A stretch of 64,000 nt of DNA from Klebsormidium nitens (lineage: Eukaryota; Plantae; Klebsormidiophyceae), in the NCBI GenBank assembly GCA_000708835.1, contig DF236985.1:186001-250000 (forward strand). Reading direction: 5' to 3'. Below, in pieces: positions 36,901 through 47,027 of this stretch; positions within the stretch are counted from its first letter, which is position 1; each line of letters starts with the position of its first letter. The notes beneath the pieces are model-generated. The model did not search any database and was not told where the DNA came from. It saw only the letters and a list, made by a program, of their open reading frames with translations. A program made the translations under genes and the position numbers.

Positions 36901-37450
36901 GCAAGAGTCACCAGAGCTCGTGAAGCTGCACTGCAGTCAGCCTGAAGGGCTGAGAATCTGCAAGCAAGATCAGTGGGTTAGCAACTCACTTGGACTCGAT
37001 TTGGAGAGTGGCAAGAATTAGGAAATCAAGATCCAAGAAAATGAGATTCAGGAAATTTGAAGCTGCATGATCACGCTTCACCGACTAGCTATTCGTGAGC
37101 AGCTCTTGAGGATGACTTGTTTGTCTGAGTTGGTCTTCCTTGTCTTCAAACCGCCGGATGAAATTCATGTTTGACTTTTGAAGCTAAACCCTCTTCATGT
37201 CGAAAATTCATCAGAGCTCGAATCACAGACCTAGCGCTTCCCTTCCTTCCTTCAGTAGTCCATACCAGCAGAGGCAAAATCGTCGCATCAAAGCACCGTT
37301 TTTTACCAATGCGTGAACAGAACTTTGGAATGTGCCGGTTGCGCTCGAGACGACTTACTGCATGCTGATCTCATGCCGCAAGTTGTCCATGCTGAGGTGA
37401 AGGTGTCGACTAGCGCTTTTGATGTCCTCGGCCAGCAGCGCGTTTTCCAT
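33915..37450 (-). CDS. Uncharacterised coiled-coil protein (7 exons; may extend further 5')
   Basis: Phase-compatible GT-AG exons 37450-37359, 36957-36750, 36344-36148, 35745-35584, 35220-35067, 34693-34538 and 34181-33915. The ATG sits in a gccaccATGG context. Heptad-like content (RVRELESLL, LVRTKEDENAALRQELE). Possible extra upstream exons at ~37900-38340 are unresolved. Confidence 0.72.
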
Positions 37451-38633
37451 GGTGGCAATTAAAAGACGACTAAGCTGCTCGGCCCGTGCTCAGTGTCGTC
37501 CAAAGATGTACCACTACTTTCAATGGTGCTCAAAGTCAGATTACTTCAATGGTGGCCCACAGTTTTCTGGGGCGTTCTGGCTGCGTCCACGATCGGACCT
37601 GATTGCCCAATCTGAGCGCCGGTTCCCCTCCTTCGATGGTATGCATTATATTTCAAACACAAAACTTGATTTGTCATCAGAGTCTAAACCACCTGCCTCT
37701 GCGAATGCCACTGTCTGCAATTGTCCTACAATTGCGTACCAACTTCGCTCTGTGAACAATAGATGAGCAATCGCTGGTGACTTTCCGGCTTGGAACTCCT
37801 GCCTGCAGCCTACAGAGATAGACACCACACGTCTTGCCAGGCACTTTGCTATTCGAGCATCCAAATAATTTATCCAACAAAACCTCGTGCATTCGAAACT
37901 TCTGCTAATCAAGCTTATGGAGACACAGTGATGTCGGGCTCAGCCCACTCGCCGCGCTACGGCACGTCAAGTGCTGCAACAATGACCCGGTACTGCTCTG
38001 AAATGAAACAACGACAACCTTTCCGCTGAGCATTCACATACACTGATGTATGTGAGTGACCTCAGAAGTGCAGAGGCCGTCTCTGTCATCATATTAAAGT
38101 TGACGGGTATCTGTCATCGCACTGATCGATGCAATGTCGGCCAGGGGTCTGGCTCGCAGATTTTGGCGTTTATGAAGAACCGGTCACTCACGGAGTACAC
38201 GCGCGAATGAAGGATCACATTGAAGTGTCCGATGAGCTCGCTCAATAAGCATCGACGGTTGCTGGCCTTTCTGCTGAAGTCCTCGCGCGCAACTGCAGGA
38301 AGCAGGTCGTACCGGTTCTATAATGATGTTGCAGCAAAACAATGAGTCAAGCGGGTCAAGCTTCTGCAAGAAACTTTTCCAACATACGGTAGATCATCAG
38401 ATGGCAGCGCAACGCAGCAAAGCTCTCAGATGAATGCATAAGGGCAGCGCTCGACAGATATCAGCGCGTTTGGCCTTCAGCGCGTTTGGCTTCCAGCAAA
38501 GCAGCGTTGCCAGATGTAGCGAAGCCTTATCAAGGCGATGCTGTACAGATGTCACCAAAGGGATGATCAATGCAGCAGAGAGGAGCCACCAAGAGTGATT
38601 ACTGAGGGATGGCCTTTCTGACACTGGGTGCCT

Positions 38634-41070
38634 ATGGAATTGCCTTCTGCTCCTCACAGCTTCCATTCTCTAGCCGGCGTTCAGGTGTCCAGATGGGATG
38701 CAGAGAGCCTGCGCCGGCTGCCGGCATTGGAGAGAGGACCGTTGAAGTCCATTCTGGACGCTCTCGGCAGGAGTTCTGCAATTGCACAGGCAGGTTCCTA
38801 GATGGCTCCAAGTTCTGGTTCACTTCATCGCAGTCATGTGGACGCTTCAAAAGAAAGTCACTTGGTTGGTTGTTCACCAGAAATGCTGGCTGCCTCATAC
38901 CAACAAGCTGGGGTCTCCTTAGCTACACCTGAAAAGGGTTTCTTTCATCTTTATCCTTCTCACACATGCAAGTTGGGGCGACAACACTATGAAATCATGA
39001 CATCAAGATCTGCGTGTCCGCTCGTGGTGCGCTCTCTGTGCTGTGGTTAAAGGCTCAACTTTGTGCCTCAGTGAAACACTCAGCCTGTATCATTCTATTG
39101 CCGTCCCCCATGACGCTCGGCGACTTTCTATAGAAGCAGCAGCTGGATTCTCCTACTTTTGCCTGCAAGGTTTGATAAGCCCTCTCTAAGTGCACCTGGC
39201 TGTCCAATCTGCAGGGTTTGAGAGCTATCATCACAACATATGAGAAAATGTTGGGTGCAGACCACCGTGTGTATATCGCAACTGCTGGGTATGGGAACAG
39301 AGTGCAGGTCAAGGGTTTTCTCAAGGTATGACTTTCCTTCACCTCATTAACACTTGTTTGAGGATTAGCCATGATTGAGGCAAAGTAACATTGCTGAATA
39401 ACAGAGCCGCTGGTGGCTGATTGTTTCTCATGCTTGAGAAGTGGATGCAAGTCAGCTGTACTTCTGTTTTGGACGCAAATTGTAGCCTAGGTCAGAACTT
39501 GACCATTGCTACTGGCGCTCCAAACAGTGCTTGGAAGAAGGAAGTTTGCAACTCTTTGAAAAGCAATAACTCGGTAGCTTACTCACTCATGCGGTAGCTT
39601 CTGTTTTACGTGACTCTTCGTCCTTTGGGGATTTACCAACGTGCAAATAGTTAGCAACTATGCTCGTTCCTTATCCAGGTTGGCAGCAAGACCCTGTTTG
39701 TCACCAGCGAGGGCAGCCCCCAGCTGCGAGAGATCCGGCCCCTGAGCGTCCTTGACTTTTACGTGCACGAGACCTGCCAGCGCACGGGCGTTGGTCGCCT
39801 CCTCTTTGACCGCATGCTTCTGGAAGAGTCAGCACACCCAGCCAAACTGGCATACGACCGGCCCTCCCCAAAGCTCTTGGCTTTCCTGAGGAAGCACTTT
39901 GGGTTGTCTAAGTACATACCGCAGACCAACAACTTTGTTGTGTTCAATCAGTACTTTGAAAATGGGGAGAGGGGCGGGAAGGTCAACCAGACAGACAAGG
40001 GCGCCTATGGCTCTGGAGAGGGATCACTGGAAAGTAGAAACGGGCTTGACAGTGCCCCAAGCAGGACTCGCTCGGGGGCCCTTTTCTCCAAACGGACTCC
40101 GGCCAATCAGGAGGCTAGCACGGCCGCCATAGAGAACGAGAGCATGAGACTGAGTGGCAGGAGAAACAGTGAGGGGGTCCGAATCTTTGGAATAATGGAT
40201 GAGAATGCTAGGGGCGGGTCCGATCGGCAAGCGGCCGGGGACGCGCCACCTAGCGCCTCACCAATGGCAATTGACAGTGGCTCGTGCGGACACGACCAGC
40301 AGCGCCCCCCTCTTCCAATGCACGGCAGGCGCAGCCGGCGGGGGACGTCAGAAACAGGTATGCGGACAATACAAACCCTGGTCGCATGTGGCTGCTGTTT
40401 GTGACGTCCGATCTTCTTGTTCCAAATGCACGTCTCTGGTACTTTTTGGCATCTTTTACATTGATGAGGCGCCACCTTTTCCCAAAGTTCGCCAAATTGC
40501 TACTGTCCAGGTTATCACAAGATGGGGCCTGTGTTGAAGCAGACAACCATTTATAAGAATATTTTTCGAATGGCTAATCAGTACTTCTGCTTTATTCACG
40601 CTGAAAAGGATTTGACGAGTCGCTCGTTCTCCCAAAACCCGCCCATTTGTTCTTTCATGGTGTGTCCAGATATATTTTCGGGACAATGTGACGCTTCTAG
40701 CGGCTTTGAGGAGCCCGTACCGCATGGCCCGACCTTTGGAAGGCGTGCTTCTAACCAAGGCAACGCTCCAAAGAACCCGTTCTTCACAACAGCCCCCTCA
40801 GCTGTCGGCCTTCCTCCACTCGAGGCACATTCAAACTGGACTCGGGCTGAAGCAAATAATCAGGAAAACTCAGGGAAACAGGGTTCCGCGACGTTGAAGC
40901 GCAGTGAAGAAGCGCGCAGCGTTGGCGCGGTTGCTTGGACGGTGAGGACGTTACAAATGTCCGGAAAAGGCGCCGCAGAAGTGTTGGGAGCCGACAGTGG
41001 CCTTCTTGGAGAGGCATACAAGGATGCTTACAGGCAAGCTCTGCCAAGATCAAGGCAGCGTGTTCAGTAA
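38634..41070 (+). CDS. ATAT1: Alpha-tubulin N-acetyltransferase 1 (MEC-17 family GNAT) with a long disordered C-terminal tail
   Basis: Exons 38634-38789 (SILDALGRSSAIAQ), 39215-39325 (GLRAIITT...HRVYI...GFLK), 39679-40357 (VGSKTLF...LSVLDFYVHETCQRTGVGRLLF...LAYDRPSPKLLAFLRKHF...PQTNNFVVF) and 40670-41070. Confidence 0.92.
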
Positions 41071-42458
41071 CTTATATTGCACTTTGACCGTCTAGAGTTG
41101 TTCAAAATCAGAGCAGCAGTTACTGCAGTTGAGGACTATCCAACCGACCCGCGCTTACGCTGCAGCTGTTGCCGCCACTTTGCAGCCACATCTATGCTTC
41201 AACTTAAAAGGCGATACGCGTGAGCTTGTGGTTGCACATGGAGGCCATAAGGCCGGCTTCGTGCTAAGGCTTGCTGCTACAAGATTCCAGGTGATAGAGT
41301 GTAATCTGAAGAAGAAGTTCACATGTCTCCGATTAGTCTTATCACGGTGTTAAATACTTACTATGCGCAATCAACCAAGCCTGTCGGGGTGATCGGCATG
41401 GGCGACAAATTACTACGAATTCAAATATAGCCGCATAGTGTTCACTGTTGATCGACTTTGTTCGGAACGCAGGAAAGTAGGGCGGCCCTTGATATTCTGA
41501 TTAAATATAGGTCAATCATGCGCCGATCATGCAAAATGGAGTCATGGTCATGCGGTCCTGTACCGGTGCATGTGCTCATGGGCCCAACTGGCATATGCAT
41601 GGGCCGCCGGGCTGCCCCGGGCTCGATATGCCGCAGCTGCATGACTGGCCATGCAATCTCGTGCATGCTGCGCGTAAGCTGCCCCAGCTGATGCATTAGA
41701 GCCGGGGTCGGTTTCAAGCTAAATAAAACGTTCTGCACTTTCGCTTCTCAGCTGGTCGAGGCTGGCAAATGATGCTGTTCTCAGTACACCTAATAGGAAA
41801 ATCAGAGAATCAAGCTGCTCAAAAGTTAGCAAACGGCCGCCGGCATCCCGTGCAGAAGTCATCACAAACATATGCTCCGTGCGCAGAACCTAGATAGCAA
41901 AGATATGAGTAGGTTGTGCAACGAGTTGCTAAACAAGAAACTTGCTCGCGAAAATCCAGTTTTTGGTTCTTTTCAAATATAGCTATAAGAGCTTCAGTGT
42001 GTTTATGTTGGCGTGGGCGAAATGTACTTAAGCTCTGGACAACACGTGCTATGATTATTCTATGCGATGTACTTGTAGCTGCTCCATGTAACTGCCACAA
42101 CGAAGGAAGCTCCAGCCGAAAGCCGTGAATCTAAGACCCGCTGCCGAGTATCTCCAGGTTTGTTAAGAACAAACTACAGGCAACCAGACCAAAACGTTTC
42201 ATTGTTTCTCCACCTTCTCTTACAAGGAAAGGCTTAACTCGTTGTCACACAAACGAAACGGACCCATAAACTACACCGGATCCCCATAAACTACATCGGA
42301 TGATTGCCTACAGAAGCCCTTGGTTAAGCTCCACCCTTTCTCAGACACAGTCAACCTAAAGTACAAGCCCATTTCCCGAGCTCTCAATTCCGCCTCGCTT
42401 TTAAATCAACGGCTTTGGGCAGATTGAACTCAAATCCCACCACTCCTTCGAGCGCCCC

Positions 42459-45400
42459 TTAGGCCGTGCTCGCCCGCACCTTCTGCAGCTCCGCGTCTAG
42501 TTCCTCCGTCCTCCCTTTGTCCACGTCCATCTGCTCAAGCGTCGCGCACCGCACCATGAAGCGCGCGAGCGCGGGCGTACTGATTTCCCGACAGTGCCGC
42601 ACGTCCACCGATCGCAAAGAGAACGAATCTTGGCCCGCAAGCGACATAAGGCCCTTGTCGGTTATATAAGGGCACCCCGCAAGTACTATCCGCTTTAAGG
42701 CGGGGCTGCCCCCCGCGGCGGCCAGGTGTGAGAACGCGCGGTCTGTGATGATCAGGCTCCGCAGCTCCAAAATCTCCAGACTAGTTGCCAGCCGGCCGAT
42801 CAGGTCCAGGGACACGTCCTTGACCTGCGGATGGGGCACGGAAGTAAGATTGAAGGCGTGTTACAACCAATATTTGTTTAAAAATACAACAAGTCAATTG
42901 GTCGTAATCAGATACAACGTTCATCAAAGGTGCCGCCGGTACAGAAGCAATTCTCAAGAGACAAATATTCTTACAACGGCCTTAAAAGCAACGCGCAACC
43001 CGTCTCCTCCATTCGAAAGATGGTATAGCAGTGGTCAGCGAACAGATAGTTGGTTGACCGGACTGTGCCTTTACAGGTTCCTGCAAACCAGATTGTTTGT
43101 GGGCAGCCCTAAAATCCGAAAATCGCTTTCTTATCATTGCTTTGCAAATACTTCACGAGCATTCAGATCAGCCCTTCAGGACGATTATGACGACATCAGC
43201 CTCCACACAGACTTCCCACACGATTTCACTACTCACTAGTCATTTGACTGCCTCTGATCTGAATCAACTTTCTCCTTCTGAGTCCAAGCTTGAGCTCTTT
43301 CTAAAAGGTAATTCTGCTTCTTAATCGCAGCCTAAGGCAGACAACGCCCAACGTCAAGCACAATTCTGACATGGTCGACTAAACACAGTAGAAAAAGGCC
43401 CTGTTCTTGGCCGCAGGTCTGGATTAGCGTTTGATACCATACCTGCCTACCATATTCTGACAGAACTAGAACTATCTTCGGACGCATAACTTCCCAAGAC
43501 ATCCCCACCACTCCGGTACCCAAAAGTACCCATCACACCAATCATCGTTCTGAAGTCCCGTAAGTTCCTTTCCAGTGAGTGTCTAGGGTGCCGACAATGT
43601 TTCAAGGAATGCTTATCAATGCACACTTCTGCTGGTTGACCCCCCAATTTTTCCCGAGCTTAACCCTCCTCACCTGCAGGCACGCCGTAATCTTCAAGAT
43701 CCGCAGCCATTTGCAGCGCCGCACCACCGTCCGAACTCCCGCGTCCGTCATGTTGTTGCAGTCCGAGACCGCCAGCAACTCCAGGTTTGGGCAGCTCGTT
43801 GCAAGGGCGCGCATGCCGCGGTCATGCACCTCGGTGTGGAACCCGAGGCTTAAGAACTTGATGGTCGCCCCACAGCCCTCTCCAATTGCAGCCAGGCCCT
43901 TGTCGGTCACGCGCCAGCAGCGCACAACATTCAAGTCCTGAAAGCGGCGTTTGGGGGTGTGAATGGTGGCATCTGTCAACATTCAAGTCCTGAAAACGGA
44001 GTTTGGGGGTGTGAAAGCGGCATCTGTCAAAGTTTACTGCGGATACGTTTGATTCAGACCTCAGGGCGAGATGGCCACAGACTTGACGAGCGGTCTCACA
44101 GTATTGCTCCAGTTCTGGATACTGCGAGCAACACAGAAAGTACAGACTAAAGTATGGTGGAGACTGCACCAGGCTCTGTTTAGAAACAGTAAAGTCAGAG
44201 GACAGCAAACCAAAAAGGATTACGTTGAAGTTCCCGATAAATCAAGAGTTATTGTACAACTGATGCAAGTGATCAAAAGCCACTCAGTGCCCGCAACTGA
44301 TGCGCAGATCCCAGAAACTAGAAGTGTGCAGGATTTCAGGCTCAATGACACCAATGTGGTCATCTTCATAATGGACTGTTTGCTGTTTAAACCAGAGGGC
44401 CGCAGCTACTAACAGGCACCTTAGTCATATCTAGTCGCGCAAACCAGTCTTTGTACATTGTAAACAAATCCGCCTATTGCTGTCGACCCCAACATAACGG
44501 AGCCGACAAGCCTTGCTCCAACTGAATGATAAGCGAATTTTTTTCAGTGCGCACTCTCAATGATTGGACTTTCTGAAAACGGCACATTGCTCTTCACACA
44601 CTCCTTTTGAAAAAATATGTGCCTGTTTCTTCTAAACCAGTGGTCGAAGGCGCTCCCTCTGTTTCCAGGGGGCGCAATTGCCTTCCCAAAGAACCCTCTC
44701 ACCTGCAGCCTTTTGCACCCCTCCCCAAGCAGCTTCAGCCCCGAGTCCGTGACGTCATGGCAGCCCGCCAGGCTGAGTCTCTCCAACCCCTTGCAATAGC
44801 GCCCAATTGCCGCAACCGCGGTGTCGTCCACGCCTGTGCCATACAGATTGAGTTGCACCAGATTGTTGGCGCATGCCGTCATGAAGTGTGGAGACACCAT
44901 CTCAGGGCTCTGGTTCTTTGACTCGGGCTCCGACGCCCCCGACTTGAACCGCTTCTTATGCGACTTGCCCACTTTCTCGCACCGCACGAGGCGGAGGGAT
45001 CGCAGGGAGGGGCACTCGGCCACCACGTATTGCAGCATCTTGTCGGTGAGGGCCGTACAGCTGTAAAAGTTGAGCTTCTCTAGAGTCGCACAGGAGTGCG
45101 ACACCTGGCGCATGGCCGCCTCCATCGCGCCCTTGCTCGCGTTGCCCCTGCGCCAGAAGCTCTTCTTCACTGCGCGCTCGTCCACCGTCACTTCGACTAG
45201 GTTAGGAAACCGCGTTAGGGCCTGGGTCACATGCTCCGCCAGCTGCTTACCCCCAGGGAAACGAATTTTCGTGTGCAGCGCTCCCTCAAGATCGCACCAT
45301 CGCTTGCAAACCTGGGAAAAGGCGGCCCGGTCTTTGCTGTTGGTCAGGCACGAAAGAACGCTGGCAAGCAAGTCATCAGAGAGTGCTGGGTTGATGAAAT

Positions 45401-45641
45401 CCTTGACAGGGGGTTTCACAACAGCCGCTGGGTGCATGCGCAGGACTACGGGGGCGTTAGTTGAAAAAGCTGGTTCAGGGGTTTTGTGACCGTGGGGGCT
45501 TCTACAGCTCTCAGGGCTCTCCAAACCAGAGGGCAAATCCAGAACGGCTGGCCGGCGCAGCGAGACTATTTCCCGGTCTTTGGCCTTCTTGGATTGGACA
45601 CTATTGACGCGGTGCCACATTCCGCCTTCCGCAGAAGCCAT
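42459..45641 (-). CDS. F-box/LRR-repeat protein (SCF substrate receptor; FBL/TIR1-COI1-like architecture)
   Basis: Exons 45641-44703, 43937-43674 and 42824-42459. F-box LSDDLLASVLSCLTNSKDRAAFSQVCKRW is followed by Cys-containing LRRs (LERLSLAGCHDVTDSGL, LNVVRCWRVTDKGL, LAGCPYITDKGL). Confidence 0.9.
43925..44031. repeat. 52-bp tandem duplication covering the exon-2 acceptor of the F-box gene
   Basis: caacattcaagtcctgaaa.cgg.gtttgggggtgtgaa..gtggcatctgt starts at 43925 and again at 43977. Confidence 0.9.
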
Positions 45642-47027
45642 TGGAGCGCAGACTATCACAACGATGCCCTGTATTGTCCTTGTGAACCACAATTGCCTGA
45701 CGCCCGATGTATGAAGCCCAGATCACAGCAATAACCACAAAACTCCCGTCTTACTTTTCAGACACTCTCGGCGCTGTTGTCATGACTCGCTAGCACCAGG
45801 ACCAGCTTCGCCATGAAAGTTCTTACAACTAGATAGGTTGCTCTCCACCAGGTGACCAGGTTCTTGAACTTCCTGTTTGTTCCCAGCAGACGGTTCGCTG
45901 CATGATGCACGTACGCGCCCCTTCTTCAGCAGAAGGGTCAGTACGCACCGAAGTCTCGTGTCGGTACAAACCGTCTTGCCAGTTGGCTGCCACGTCAGAT
46001 ACTTCCTAGCGTCACCTGACCCTGGCAGCATAGGTACCATGGCGGTAGTCCTACTGACTGCACCCGGCAATCTCCAGAAGTCGCACACATTTGCTTCCTG
46101 TGGCAGAAGCTTGCAAGCCACGGTAGTATCGGTAGCCAATAGCTTTCACGAAGATGCATATCATCGGATCTCTAGCAACAATCCCTTTCCTCCACCCGAT
46201 CTTGTTCCTCTTTTTCTATCGCACCGGCCACGGAAAGAAGGAAACATAGCGTCATTCTTCAAGCACATGGAGGACCCAATATACGGTGTTGTCATGCAGT
46301 GTCTTATCGCTCTTTGCATGATGTATGCGCAAAACGGCCATGGACGTCAAGTTGATATAACATCAGGCTTGTGGCGTATGGCTGACTCGATTGTGTCCCA
46401 TCATAGTTACCTTTGTCGCTAGCCCTCAACGTGCATCGAAATTTGTATGTTGCCTACCAGATACATCCATACTACAGCCTACAGCTACCGCGCTTATATA
46501 TATTCACGTGTGCAGGCTTGAGTTGCACGCGTACACACCCTATTTAAAACGCCTATACCCACTTGTCGGAGTCGGTAGGCAATGAACATGCATGGTCAGA
46601 TTATCATGCATCAAAATTAGGAAACGACATACTGTACATACGACCAGGCAGGATGCAGGTTACTATGGGCCCAAACCGCATGCCAGCCTTAGTATTGGTC
46701 GGACTGAAGCAAATCTGGATAACAAAGCTGTAATTATGGGCCGAGGGAATTTCAATCTCCATATTACTCTTCTTGGCAGTCTGCCATTCGTTGCTTTACG
46801 TGCGCGAGGATGAAAGGTAGTGCAGCAAGGCATCCAATGTATGCCAATGAAAATGTCCCGACCTGAATCCAGACTACCTACCACAACACTGAAAGACGGT
46901 GCACACTGAACCGTTTTGAGAAGATACGAGAACTTGATATCTGATGAACGGAATTGAACGGACTTGATCAATTAGACTCTATATGAAAATCAATCACCAA
47001 TCTGTCCAGGTGGTCTTGCTTTCAGGT

